A stretch of 64,000 nucleotides of DNA, taken from the NCBI GenBank assembly GCA_947168585.1, contig CAMVMK010000006.1, forward strand, positions 15,984-79,983, read 5' to 3'. The translations under genes and the position numbers were made by a program. Source of the DNA: an uncultured Fretibacterium sp. (lineage in GTDB: Bacteria > Synergistota > Synergistia > Synergistales > Aminobacteriaceae). A model generated the notes under the pieces. It had not been told where the DNA came from. It saw only the letters and a list, made by a program, of their open reading frames with translations, and did not search any database. Position 1 is the first letter of the stretch. Each line of letters begins with the position of its first letter. Below, piece by piece: positions 49,842 through 59,242 of this stretch.

Positions 49842-50210
49842 ATGCAGAAATTACCTCATAATCACGACAAAAATATTAATAATGTTTTAGAAAAAATGCC
49901 GGACGATGAAAAATTTTCTCATTCGGCTTTTATTTTTCAGCAGTTAGGCGACCCTACAAGGCTCAAAATTTTATGGATTTTATGCCACAGCCGCGAATGT
50001 GTCTCGGATATTGCCGCCGCCGTAGGAATGAGCAAAGCTGTAGTATCTCATCATCTTCAATTATTAAGACGCAGCAATTTAGTTACAGGTACGCGGATAG
50101 GCCAAGAAATTCATTACTCTTTGAGCGGTACTCACGAGGCTGACTTACTTCACAAAACTATAGACTCGATTTTTTCTATTACTTGCCCAAGCGAATTAAA
50201 CGTATTATAA
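49842..50210 (+). CDS. ArsR/SmtB-family metalloregulator
   Basis: LGDPTRLKILWILCHSRECVSDIAAAVGMSKAVVSHHLQLLRRSNLV winged-HTH signature. The ATG lies 1 nt after the stop of the preceding lipoprotein gene. Confidence 0.85.
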   Translation: MQKLPHNHDKNINNVLEKMPDDEKFSHSAFIFQQLGDPTRLKILWILCHSRECVSDIAAAVGMSKAVVSHHLQLLRRSNLVTGTRIGQEIHYSLSGTHEADLLHKTIDSIFSITCPSELNVL

Positions 50211-50211
50211 T

Positions 50212-50243
50212 TCAAATATTCAAACGATTATTTGACTATTTGA
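50212..50243. promoter_or_regulatory. candidate ArsR-family operator (13-6-13 imperfect inverted repeat) just downstream of a TATAAT box
   Basis: TCAAATATTCAAA-CGATTA-TTTGACTATTTGA, with one mismatch between arms. TATAAT at 50206-50211. Confidence 0.55.
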
Positions 50244-50271
50244 TTTTAATGATGAGGGCGGTAAAAAAATA

Positions 50272-50490
50272 ATGAAAAAATCTTATAAAATCGAAGTTGA
50301 CTGTGCTAACTGTGCCGACAAAATGGAACAGGCCGCGCAAAAAACAAAAGGCGTTAAAAATGCTGTCGTTAATTTCATGACTCTTAAAATGACGGTCGAA
50401 TTTGAAGACGGTTTTGACGCTCACGAAGTCATCAGCGAAGTCCGTGAAAATTGCAAGCGCGTTGAATCTGACTGCGAAATTTTTATTTGA
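50272..50490 (+). CDS. heavy-metal-associated (HMA) domain protein, CANCA type
   Basis: YKIEVDCANCADKMEQA is the metal-binding loop usual in N-terminal domains of Cd/Zn P-type ATPases. The ORF ends at a TGA that is in frame with the ATPase ORF. Confidence 0.75.
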   Translation: MKKSYKIEVDCANCADKMEQAAQKTKGVKNAVVNFMTLKMTVEFEDGFDAHEVISEVRENCKRVESDCEIFI

Positions 50491-50502
50491 GAATTTTTAA
50501 TC

Positions 50503-52374
50503 ATGAACAAGAAACAAAAATTAACACTCGCCCGTATAATCATAGCGGGCGTTTTGCTTATAGTTTTTAATTTTGTAATTGACCTGCCTGACAGATTGGC
50601 AGGCGCGCTCAAGCCGGTTTTATTTTTAATTCCTTATTTTATAGTCGGCTATGATATTTTATTGAAAGCTCTAAAAGGCATTAAAAACCGTCAAGTTTTT
50701 GACGAAAATTTTTTGATGGCTGTAGCTACAATCGGGGCGTTTTGCCTTGCTATTTTTTACACGGGCGATTATCTTGAAGCTATTGCAGTAATGCTTTTTT
50801 ATCAGATCGGAGAGTTATTTCAGAGTGTCGCTGTAGGACGGAGCAGGAAAAATATTTCAGCTTTAATGGACATCAGGCCGGATTATGCAATGATTGAAAA
50901 GGACGGGAAATTAGAGCGTGTCGACCCCGAAGAAATTGAAATAGGAACTATTATAACTGTAACGAGCGGCGAAAAAATTCCGATTGACGGAGTTATTGTT
51001 GAAGGACATTCGAGCATTGACACTAAGGCATTGACGGGCGAAAGTCTTCCGAGAGAAATAAAAACCGGCGATGAAGTTATAAGCGGCTGTATAAATTTAT
51101 CCGGCGTTCTTAAAATCAAAACGACTAAAGAATTTTACGACTCTACAGCCTCAAAAATTTTAGATTTAGTTGAAAATGCTACGTCCCGAAAATCTAAATC
51201 CGAAAATTTTATAACTCGCTTTGCACGGGTTTATACTCCGGCTGTGTGTTATTCGGCTCTTGCTCTTGCAGTTTTGCCGACGATTTTTACGGGAGATTTT
51301 GCAAAGTGGCTTTATAGGGCTTTGACGTTTTTAGTTATCAGCTGTCCTTGCGCATTAGTTATAAGTATTCCTTTAACATTTTTTGCAGGTATAGGGGGAG
51401 CAGGCCGCGAGGGAATTTTAATAAAAGGCTCGAATTTTCTTGAGGCTCTTTCAAAAATTTCATGTGTAATTTTAGACAAGACCGGAACATTAACAAAAGG
51501 AGTTTTTGAAGTCGCTGCAGTTCACCCCATGTCTGAAGACAGGCAGGCGGAACTAACAGACGAAAATAATTTACTGCACTTGGCCGCTCATGTTGAAAGA
51601 TATTCTAATCACCCTGCGGCAATAGCATTAAGAAAAGCATATCCGAATGAAGCTGACGATTGCGAAATTAAAAATTTCCAAGAATTTCCGGGTTATGGAG
51701 TTCAAGCTGTAATTAACGGCAAAGAAATTCACGCAGGAAGTTCAAAATTTATGGATAAAATCGGCGCGGAATGGCATAAATGTTACAAGACCGGGACAAT
51801 AATTCATATAGCAATTAATAAAATTTACGCCGGTCATATAGTTATCTCGGACGTTATAAAAAATAATTCTTTTGAGGCTGTACAAGAATTAAAATCCATG
51901 AAAATTAAAACAGTGATGCTCACGGGCGACAGCGAAGAAACTGCTCATGAAGCTGCTGAAGAATTAAAAATCGAAAATTATTTCAGCGGGTTGTTGCCGT
52001 CAGACAAAGTATCAAAGGCCGAAGAATTTTTGAAAGATTATAAAACTGCTTTCGTAGGAGACGGAATTAATGACGCTCCCGTGCTTTCACGTGCAGATGT
52101 CGGGATAGCTATGGGAGCATTAGGCTCAGACGCAGCTATAGAGGCCGCCGATGTTGTTTTAATGGACGACGACCCTTTGAAAATTCCAAGAGCCGTAAAA
52201 ATTTCACGCAAATGTATGAAAATAGTTAAGCAGAATATTTATTTCTCGATCGGCGTGAAATTAATTTGTTTATTATTAGGAGCGTCCGGGCTTGCTAATA
52301 TGTGGCTTGCTGTCTTTGCTGATGTCGGAGTAATGGTCTTAGCAGTTTTGAACGCTATCCGGGCGTTGTTTTAA
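50503..52374 (+). CDS. cadA: Cd/Zn/Co-type P1B heavy-metal-translocating ATPase
   Basis: SCPCALVIS (CPC), DKTGTLT, SNHP and GDGINDAP motifs. Confidence 0.9.
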   Translation: MNKKQKLTLARIIIAGVLLIVFNFVIDLPDRLAGALKPVLFLIPYFIVGYDILLKALKGIKNRQVFDENFLMAVATIGAFCLAIFYTGDYLEAIAVMLFYQIGELFQSVAVGRSRKNISALMDIRPDYAMIEKDGKLERVDPEEIEIGTIITVTSGEKIPIDGVIVEGHSSIDTKALTGESLPREIKTGDEVISGCINLSGVLKIKTTKEFYDSTASKILDLVENATSRKSKSENFITRFARVYTPAVCYSALALAVLPTIFTGDFAKWLYRALTFLVISCPCALVISIPLTFFAGIGGAGREGILIKGSNFLEALSKISCVILDKTGTLTKGVFEVAAVHPMSEDRQAELTDENNLLHLAAHVERYSNHPAAIALRKAYPNEADDCEIKNFQEFPGYGVQAVINGKEIHAGSSKFMDKIGAEWHKCYKTGTIIHIAINKIYAGHIVISDVIKNNSFEAVQELKSMKIKTVMLTGDSEETAHEAAEELKIENYFSGLLPSDKVSKAEEFLKDYKTAFVGDGINDAPVLSRADVGIAMGALGSDAAIEAADVVLMDDDPLKIPRAVKISRKCMKIVKQNIYFSIGVKLICLLLGASGLANMWLAVFADVGVMVLAVLNAIRALF

Positions 52375-53154
52375 TTTTGCTTCGTTCCAAAATCCGTCTA
52401 ACTGTTCGAGAGAGTAGTCGGAAAGATTTTTATTTTCATTTCGGGCGCGGTCTTCCATAAATTGAAATCTTTGCTTGAATTTCTCGCAGACTCCGTTTAA
52501 TGCCGCGTCCGGATCAACTCCGAGCCTCCGTGCTAAATTCACGGTCATAAATAAAACGTCTCCTAACTCGTCAGCTATATGTTTCGGATCGTTTCCTTTA
52601 GCGGCTTCTTTAAGTTCGTTAATTTCCTCATCAAGTTTAGCAAATAAAGGCTCAGGGCTTCCCTTAGGCCAGTCAAAACCTACGTGGGCGGCCTTGCCTT
52701 GTATTCTGTTAGCTTTTAATAAAGGCGGCAGACCGTCCGGGACCCCGGCCAAGATTGAAAGATTTTCGTGTTTATCTTTGCGCTCCTGAGTTTTGATTTT
52801 CTCCCAGTTTTTTAAGACTTCATCACTGTCTTTAGCGTCAACATTGCCGAAAACGTGAGGATGTCTGCGGATTAGTTTGTCGCATATTGCCCTCACAACG
52901 TCTTTCATTTCAAAATCTCCGCGTTCTTTTGCAAGCTGTGCAACAAAAACAACCTGCAATAATAAATCTCCGGCTTCTTCTTTAATATCTTGAATATTGC
53001 CTTTAGTGATAGCGTCAGCAAGTTCGTAGGCTTCTTCAGTTATCGGAGTCCTTAGAGTTTCAAGAGTCTGCTTTCTGTCCCAAGGACAGCCGTCAGGAGC
53101 GCGGAGTCTTGCGATTATGTCTGTGATTTCGTCAAAATAATGTGAGTCGCTCAA
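52339..53154 (-). CDS. mazG: nucleoside triphosphate pyrophosphohydrolase MazG
   Basis: Tandem MazG domains (EEAYELADAI...EEAGDLLLQV; EEINELKEA...DELGDVLF). Confidence 0.85.
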   Translation of the reverse strand: MSDSHYFDEITDIIARLRAPDGCPWDRKQTLETLRTPITEEAYELADAITKGNIQDIKEEAGDLLLQVVFVAQLAKERGDFEMKDVVRAICDKLIRRHPHVFGNVDAKDSDEVLKNWEKIKTQERKDKHENLSILAGVPDGLPPLLKANRIQGKAAHVGFDWPKGSPEPLFAKLDEEINELKEAAKGNDPKHIADELGDVLFMTVNLARRLGVDPDAALNGVCEKFKQRFQFMEDRARNENKNLSDYSLEQLDGFWNEAKLKQRPDSVQNC

Positions 53155-53186
53155 AATTTATTTCTCCTTAAAAATTTTTAATTTAA

Positions 53187-53729
53187 TTATTGCTCATAAT
53201 AATAAGACTGTTCAATGCCTTTGAAAATAATTTCTCTGTCGTCTATTTTATCTGTCAGATTAGGCTGTATTAAAAAACGAAGTTCTAAGTCATTAACAGG
53301 GCTTCGTTCCATAGCCTGCAGATATTGCTGCTTATCTATCTTTGACCACTCAATAACTTTTCCGAGCCGTTTTTTTAATATCATGTCGAGCCATATCCGA
53401 GTGCTTCTTCCGTTGCCTTCCATGAAAGGGTGAGCGATATTCATTTCGACATATTTCGCTATTATTTCTTCAAAAGAATTTTCCGGCATTTTTTCAACAG
53501 CTGCTAAAACTTCTTTCAAATATAAACAATTTGCAAAACGGAAAAAGCCTTTTGAAATATTTTTAGTTCTTATCTCTCCGGCAAAATCGTAAAGCCCTTC
53601 AAATAAAAATTTATGTATTTCCTGTAATCCTTTTGTTGTTCCGGCTTCAATAAAATTAATTTTACCGTCTGAAAAAAGTTTTTTCGCGTTATCGAGGCTT
53701 CGAGAGTCTATTTCGTTTTTAGTTAACAT
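53187..53729 (-). CDS. fic: single-domain class III Fic protein (AMP transferase)
   Basis: [12 protein letters not shown] matches the Fic motif HxFx(D/E)GNGRxxR. The C-terminus ends SYYYEQ, an S-x-x-x-E inhibitory-helix-like motif. Confidence 0.8.
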   Translation of the reverse strand: MLTKNEIDSRSLDNAKKLFSDGKINFIEAGTTKGLQEIHKFLFEGLYDFAGEIRTKNISKGFFRFANCLYLKEVLAAVEKMPENSFEEIIAKYVEMNIAHPFMEGNGRSTRIWLDMILKKRLGKVIEWSKIDKQQYLQAMERSPVNDLELRFLIQPNLTDKIDDREIIFKGIEQSYYYEQ

Positions 53730-53732
53730 TTT

Positions 53733-54908
53733 TTATTTCGGTGATTTTCTTCTCTGCTCCGGCAAAACGTCAGCACTTTCTTCACGCCACAAAGTATAAA
53801 ATCCGTACTCGTCAACTTCGTCCTGTGCTCCTAAAAAATCTAAAATATTTTTTCCGATATTCTGCAATTTTACAATTTGATTTTTTGAGAGCCCCGTCAT
53901 GTCAAGAGACGCTATTGTATTTTCATCTGTTCCGGCGTAAGTTATTTCCGTCCGTTTTTGTCCCGGAGCTATTACCCATAAAGGTGCAACGGAAATTTTT
54001 GTGAGACGTGTTTTATCGTTTTCTTTTGCAAATTCGGCGGCTAAAATGCAAGTTCTTTCTCTCGGCAAAGTTCTTTGAAACGATACGAAATTACCGAGCG
54101 ACCACGCTACAGCCTTAAAATCTCCGCTTAAATTTTTTATCTCAACCGGCTGTAAAACATGAGGGTGAGTTCCTATTATTAAATCCGCGCCGTTATTAAA
54201 AGCTGTGTCGGCGGCTTTTTTCTGGTGAACGTTAGGCTTTAATTGATATTCGTTGCCCCAATGAAAACACGCGATAATAATATCAGGACTTAAATTTTTT
54301 GCGCGTTCAAGGCTCGTTATTAAATCTTTGTCGTTAATGACATTCAAATGAACATCGCTGGATTTCGGCCATAAATTACTCCCGTAAGAATGATTAATAA
54401 ACGCCGCTTTAATTCCGTCATTTTCTAAAATCACAGCGTCATTAGATAAAACATCATCGAGGCCCAGCCCGACCCAAGTTAAATCTGCAGAGTCTAAAAT
54501 TTCTGTCGTCCGCCATGCTCCTGCCGCTCCCTTATCAAAAATATGATTATTCGCGAGCGTCAATAAATCTATATCCATGCTCTTTAATAAATCTGCTAAT
54601 ATATCCGGAGTGTTGAAAGTCGGATAGCCTGAATATTTTAATTTTTTTCCGTTACGTTCAGTGCCTGAAAAAGTTGTTTCAAGATTTCCGACTACAAAAG
54701 AATTTTCGATTAAAGGCTTAATTCTTCGGAACTGCGGCGAAAAATCGTAAAAATCTTTATGCTTTGCTGCGTCAAGCTGCTGCTGATGAGTCATAATATC
54801 GCCGATAAATAAAAATCTCGCACGGGTCTCGGCAAAAATTTTTGAATTATCCGTGAAAAATATAAACGCTAAAATAAAAACTGAAATTTCAAGAATATTT
54901 TTTTTCAT
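53733..54908 (-). CDS. capA: CapA-family metallophosphatase-fold protein (PGA capsule synthesis family)
   Basis: Signal anchor and FLFIGDIMTH, NLET, ANNH and GTHPHVLQP motifs. Confidence 0.75.
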   Translation of the reverse strand: MKKNILEISVFILAFIFFTDNSKIFAETRARFLFIGDIMTHQQQLDAAKHKDFYDFSPQFRRIKPLIENSFVVGNLETTFSGTERNGKKLKYSGYPTFNTPDILADLLKSMDIDLLTLANNHIFDKGAAGAWRTTEILDSADLTWVGLGLDDVLSNDAVILENDGIKAAFINHSYGSNLWPKSSDVHLNVINDKDLITSLERAKNLSPDIIIACFHWGNEYQLKPNVHQKKAADTAFNNGADLIIGTHPHVLQPVEIKNLSGDFKAVAWSLGNFVSFQRTLPRERTCILAAEFAKENDKTRLTKISVAPLWVIAPGQKRTEITYAGTDENTIASLDMTGLSKNQIVKLQNIGKNILDFLGAQDEVDEYGFYTLWREESADVLPEQRRKSPK

Positions 54909-54993
54909 TTTATATCGCCTCCCTTTATATTAAAATATAACACGCTGATTTAATTTTTTTTCATGAATTATAAAATTTTTAAGGAGATTTTTT

Positions 54994-55629
54994 ATGAGAA
55001 AAATTTTTTTGACATTAACGCTCTTGGCTTCGCTGGCCTCGTGTTCATACGCTAAAGTAATCGAAAAACTTCCTGCCCCGAATAAAACCGGCGGAATGCC
55101 TTTGCACGAAGCTGTAACTTTAAGGCACAGCGAACGCGAATTTTCTGACGTTGAATTAACATTGCAGGAACTTTCAGACCTGCTTTATGTTACAGCCGGA
55201 GTCAATAGAGATAACGGTCTTAGAGTTCACCCGGTCGGCAAAGGTATTCAAGATATGACGGTCTATGTTTTCAAGAAAGACGGAATTTATAAATTCGATG
55301 CTCCTAATCATTCAATCGAATTAATTATCGAGGGCGATCACAGACAGGACACGGGAACTCCGACGTATATAGGCCGTGCCGCCGTTAATTTAGTTTACGT
55401 TCAAGACTTAAAAGCATGGGCTTCTGAAACTAAACCGCAAAATGAAATCGAACGCTGGGGATTTGCTCACACGGGCGCAATCATGCAGAACGCTTATTTA
55501 TTCGCCGCTTCAAAAGGCTGGAACGCTGTAGTGCGCGGAAGTTTTGATGACGGAAAAATCCGCAGGCTTCTTGACCTCAACGAAAAACAAAAAATTACTC
55601 TCGTTCAATCAATCGGCCCGCGTCCTTAA
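54994..55629 (+). CDS. nitroreductase-family (SagB-like) protein with a lipoprotein-type signal
   Basis: LASLASCS lipobox-like N-terminus. RHSEREF and nitroreductase-like C-terminal half. Confidence 0.65.
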   Translation: MRKIFLTLTLLASLASCSYAKVIEKLPAPNKTGGMPLHEAVTLRHSEREFSDVELTLQELSDLLYVTAGVNRDNGLRVHPVGKGIQDMTVYVFKKDGIYKFDAPNHSIELIIEGDHRQDTGTPTYIGRAAVNLVYVQDLKAWASETKPQNEIERWGFAHTGAIMQNAYLFAASKGWNAVVRGSFDDGKIRRLLDLNEKQKITLVQSIGPRP

Positions 55630-55645
55630 CTACTAAAACATCATA

Positions 55646-57127
55646 ATGGAACAGACAGGCGAACAGCAGAATTTTAGTTTTTCAAGAAGATTAACGCCTT
55701 TTAACGCTTGGACTTTGTCATTCGGAGGTCTGATAGGTTACGGGGCTTTTGTAATGCCCGGTACAACTTTCTTGAAAGGCGCAGGAGTTTTAGGGACGCT
55801 TATCGCCATGCAGATCGGAGCGTTTACGATGCTTATAATTTCGTATGCTTACGGTTACATGGCGGCAAAATTTCAAATAAACGGCGGGCAATTTATGTAC
55901 GCTGAAAGAGCATTCGGGAAAAAACACGGATTTATATGCGCGTGGTTTTTAGGGCTTTGTTATTTCAGCATAATTCCGATGGACGCGGCGGCTTTGAGTT
56001 TTTTATTCAGGACTTTTTACGGCGATTTTTTTAAGTTCGGCTATCTTTATAAAATTTCCGGCTATCATGTTTATTTCGGAGAATTTTTAGTCGCGGCTTT
56101 GACTTTAATTTTATTCGCGTACATTACTGTAAAAGGAGCAAAATTCGGCGCAGTAATTCAAAACGTAATGGTAATAATTTTAATTGCCGGAATTATTTTG
56201 ATTTTATTTTTCTCGTTTTTCAGCGATGAAGTAGAGCCCTCAAATTTTGAGCCGTTATTTTATCCTGATGACCGAAGCCCTATTTTGCAGGTTCTATCGC
56301 TCGTTGTCGTAGCTCCGTGGGCATTTGTCGGCTTTGATATAGTTCCTCAGCTTGCCGAAGAGGCGGATTTTACTCATCATAAAGTTAAAGTTATCATGGA
56401 TACCTGCATAGTTGCGGGCTGTGCTGCCTATATAGCTTTGACATTCTTAGCTGCTTCTGTAATTCCGTCCGGTTATCCAAATTGGGCTGTTTACGTTGAT
56501 AATTTACATAAACACGACAGTTATGGTGCTGTAATGACTTTTTTTGCGTCCTATAAAATTTTAGGATTTACGGGGCTGTTTATAATTGAAGCTGCGGCTG
56601 TCTGCGGAGTTTTGACGGGAATTTTAGCATTTTATGTTGTAACGAGCCGTTTATTATATACAATGGCGCGTGAAGAAATGCTGCCGTCATGGTTCACAGT
56701 CTTAAATAAAGACGGAGTGCCTGTCAATTCGATTTTATTTTGCATGATCGTTTCGATTTTTACTTTGCTGACAGGCCGGGACGCAATAGGTTTGACTGTT
56801 GATGTTGCTTCTCTCGGCGGTGCTGTAGGTTTTGGATATACTTCGCTTGCTTCATGGAAATATTCACGGGAAGAAAACCGCAGGGACGTAGCTGTCTTAG
56901 GAATGTTAGGAGTTATATTTTCAGTTATATTTGCGGTGCTGCTTTTAGTTCCGATACCGGGAATTTCAAGTTCTCTTTCAACAGAAAGTTATTTAATTTT
57001 AATAATCTGGATAGCTATGGGAGGATTTTTCTATCAAGTCGGAATTAAAAAAGAATTAGGAATTAGGAATGAAAAATTAGAAAAATATATTTACCTTCCT
57101 ACTCGTCAAGACGGCGGACAAGCCTGA
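55646..57127 (+). CDS. APC-superfamily amino-acid permease
   Basis: About 12 TM helices. The C-terminal tail (GIKKELGIRNEKLEKYIYLPTRQDGGQA) is read from a heptad repeat and overlaps the convergent yvcK by 29 nt. Confidence 0.75.
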   Translation: MEQTGEQQNFSFSRRLTPFNAWTLSFGGLIGYGAFVMPGTTFLKGAGVLGTLIAMQIGAFTMLIISYAYGYMAAKFQINGGQFMYAERAFGKKHGFICAWFLGLCYFSIIPMDAAALSFLFRTFYGDFFKFGYLYKISGYHVYFGEFLVAALTLILFAYITVKGAKFGAVIQNVMVIILIAGIILILFFSFFSDEVEPSNFEPLFYPDDRSPILQVLSLVVVAPWAFVGFDIVPQLAEEADFTHHKVKVIMDTCIVAGCAAYIALTFLAASVIPSGYPNWAVYVDNLHKHDSYGAVMTFFASYKILGFTGLFIIEAAAVCGVLTGILAFYVVTSRLLYTMAREEMLPSWFTVLNKDGVPVNSILFCMIVSIFTLLTGRDAIGLTVDVASLGGAVGFGYTSLASWKYSREENRRDVAVLGMLGVIFSVIFAVLLLVPIPGISSSLSTESYLILIIWIAMGGFFYQVGIKKELGIRNEKLEKYIYLPTRQDGGQA

Positions 57128-58187
57128 AAATAACGGACGCTAATTTTTGCGGATCATGACGGACTACGCGGCCTTCTTTTTCGCTCTCGAAAATTGAAAC
57201 TAACGGGGCTTCAACATAAATACAGCCCATATTTTTTATAGTTTCGCGCTGTCTGTAATCCAAAAATAACGGCGATGCTCCGTCTTTTTTATAAGCGTCA
57301 ATAATATCGTCAGGGATAGGCTCGTTATTTGCTACAACAAAATCCGGGACGCTTCCGAGTGCCACGCTGACCCATTCAAGATGCTGAAGAATATCCATTC
57401 CTTGAGTTTCGTCAGGCTGAGTCATTAAATTACAGATATAAATTTTAGGAACGGGCGACTCTTTTAATTTGTCGGCAAAATCCGGCAGCAATAAATTCGG
57501 AATTACGCTCGTAAATAAACTTCCGGGCCCTAATAAAATTACATCAGCTTCATCGACCGCGCTCAAAACTTCAGGCAAAGGGCGCGCATTCATAGGCTCA
57601 AGCCAAATTTCGTCAAGTTCATGGCCGTGTTCGGAAATATCGAGCTCGCCTTTGACATTAAGACCGCTTTTAGTTTTTCCCATTAAAGTTATGCTTTCAG
57701 TCGTAACGGGCAAAACCCGGCCTCTGATTGAAAGCAGGTGATTCATTTTCTCAACGGCTGTGCTGAAATCTCCGCTCATTTCCGTAACTGCGAGCAATAA
57801 TAAATTTCCTAAGCTGTGTCCCGCAAGTTCGCCCCTGTCAAATCTGTAATCAAGAATTTTTTTGAGTTCGTTATCGTTTTCAGCGAGAGCCGCTATACAG
57901 TTTCTGACATCGCCGGGCGGTAACATTCCCCATTCGTTTCGTATACGGCCTGAAGAGCCTCCCTCGTCTGTAACGGCGACAACAGCTGTGATATTTCGGG
58001 TAAATCCTTTAATTCCGCGCAACAAAGTTGAAAGCCCCGTGCCTCCTCCTACAGCTACGATATAAGGACCGTTAGAAAGTCTTTTTGAAATTGCTCTTTC
58101 AATTACAGGTTTGCCGGAGAAAATTTTAATCCGTCCGAACAAAAATAAAATTATTAAAGTCGTTAAGACTCCTAATACAAAATTCAT
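57099..58187 (-). CDS. yvcK: YvcK/CofD-family gluconeogenesis factor
   Basis: VAVGGGTGLSTLLRGIK, VTDEGGSSGR and GPGSLFTSVIPNLL motifs. Confidence 0.85.
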   Translation of the reverse strand: MNFVLGVLTTLIILFLFGRIKIFSGKPVIERAISKRLSNGPYIVAVGGGTGLSTLLRGIKGFTRNITAVVAVTDEGGSSGRIRNEWGMLPPGDVRNCIAALAENDNELKKILDYRFDRGELAGHSLGNLLLLAVTEMSGDFSTAVEKMNHLLSIRGRVLPVTTESITLMGKTKSGLNVKGELDISEHGHELDEIWLEPMNARPLPEVLSAVDEADVILLGPGSLFTSVIPNLLLPDFADKLKESPVPKIYICNLMTQPDETQGMDILQHLEWVSVALGSVPDFVVANNEPIPDDIIDAYKKDGASPLFLDYRQRETIKNMGCIYVEAPLVSIFESEKEGRVVRHDPQKLASVIFRLVRRLDE

Positions 58188-59059
58188 TATTGATGACCGT
58201 GCCCCTTGTCTCTATGAATTACGCAGACACCGCTGTAAATTTTAGAGTAAATTTCTCCGAGCCATTCAGCCATAGCAACGCTCCTATGACGGCCTCCCGT
58301 ACAGCCTACGGAAATATGAAGCTGACTTCTTACATTATTAAGAAACTGAGGGATAAAGAAATCAAGAAAATTTTTCGTAAGTTCGAGGCATTTATGAGTT
58401 TCAGGAAATTTTAATAAAAATTCTTTCACTGGCTCGTCCTGTCCCGTTAATTCTTTTAATTCGTCAACGTAAAAAGGATTGGGCAGGCAGCGGACATCCA
58501 TTATAAAACTGCTGTCTTGAGGCACTCCGTATTTATAGCCGAAAGAGCTGATTAAAATCGAAATTCCTCCATCGTCGTTTTGATTGAAAAATTCTTTAAC
58601 GAGCCTTTCTCTATGCTGATGAAGATCCATTAATGAAGTATCTATAATAATATCAGCACGGTCTAAGACAGGAGCCAATAACTCGCGTTCCGTCAAAATT
58701 CCTTCGAGAGTTGAACGTCCATGACTTAAGGGGTGAACGCGCCTCGTTCTTTCGTAGCGTCTTAATAATTCTTCGTCCGAAGCCGTCAAAAATAAAACTT
58801 TCACAACTCCGCCCGGCCAAGCCTTTGAAGTTTCGTCAATGACTTTCACGAAATTTTTGCTGACGTTGCGAATATCAACAGTAGCTACAACTCCGCGCTG
58901 TTTAGAAGCCTCCGGACGTTCGGATATAAGTTTGAAAAGCTGCGGTAAAAGTGCAGGCGGAAGATTATCTACAGTAATGAAGCCGAAATCTTCAAGAACT
59001 TTTAACGTCATTGTCTTTCCTGCTCCGCTCATTCCCGTAACGATGATAAATTGCTTCAT
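58187..59059 (-). CDS. rapZ: RNase adapter protein RapZ (YvcJ)
   Basis: P-loop VTGMSGAGKT and C-terminal GCTGGRHRSV motif. TAATG junction with yvcK. Confidence 0.85.
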   Translation of the reverse strand: MKQFIIVTGMSGAGKTMTLKVLEDFGFITVDNLPPALLPQLFKLISERPEASKQRGVVATVDIRNVSKNFVKVIDETSKAWPGGVVKVLFLTASDEELLRRYERTRRVHPLSHGRSTLEGILTERELLAPVLDRADIIIDTSLMDLHQHRERLVKEFFNQNDDGGISILISSFGYKYGVPQDSSFIMDVRCLPNPFYVDELKELTGQDEPVKEFLLKFPETHKCLELTKNFLDFFIPQFLNNVRSQLHISVGCTGGRHRSVAMAEWLGEIYSKIYSGVCVIHRDKGHGHQ

Positions 59060-59152
59060 AGAACTAAATTTTTAACTCCTCTTTCAAATTTTAGCCGCCG
59101 CGATTATAACACGATTAAGGGTGAGGGGTGAGGAGTGAGGAATGTTTTTTCA

Positions 59153-59161
59153 TGATACAAT
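59153..59161 (+). promoter_or_regulatory. extended -10 promoter element (TGATACAAT) for the small-ORF transcript
   Basis: TGn plus TACAAT. The -35 region is poor (GAGTGA, inside a heptad repeat). Confidence 0.5.
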
Positions 59162-59242
59162 ACTTTTAGACGAGGTATCCCGTTCAGTTTGAGCGGGAAT
59201 GCTTTGGGGATTCCCTCTCAGCCTGAATAAGGAAGGAGGTGA

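Noticed and set aside
50488-50490. The in-frame TGA between the HMA domain and the ATPase as evidence of genome-wide TGA recoding or selenocysteine.
   Set aside because: TGA clearly ends other well-defined genes in the window (for example comEC at 3470-3472, the isochorismatase-family gene at 10991-10993 and lptC at 40099-40101). No SECIS-like hairpin follows the codon.
52339-52374. Convergent coding overlaps (cadA/mazG 36 nt; APC permease/yvcK 29 nt at 57099-57127) as possible antisense regulatory modules.
   Set aside because: Both are explained by ORF tails running to the first chance stop in AT-rich or repeat sequence, and no specific structure is seen. I note them only as places where no terminator separates convergent genes.
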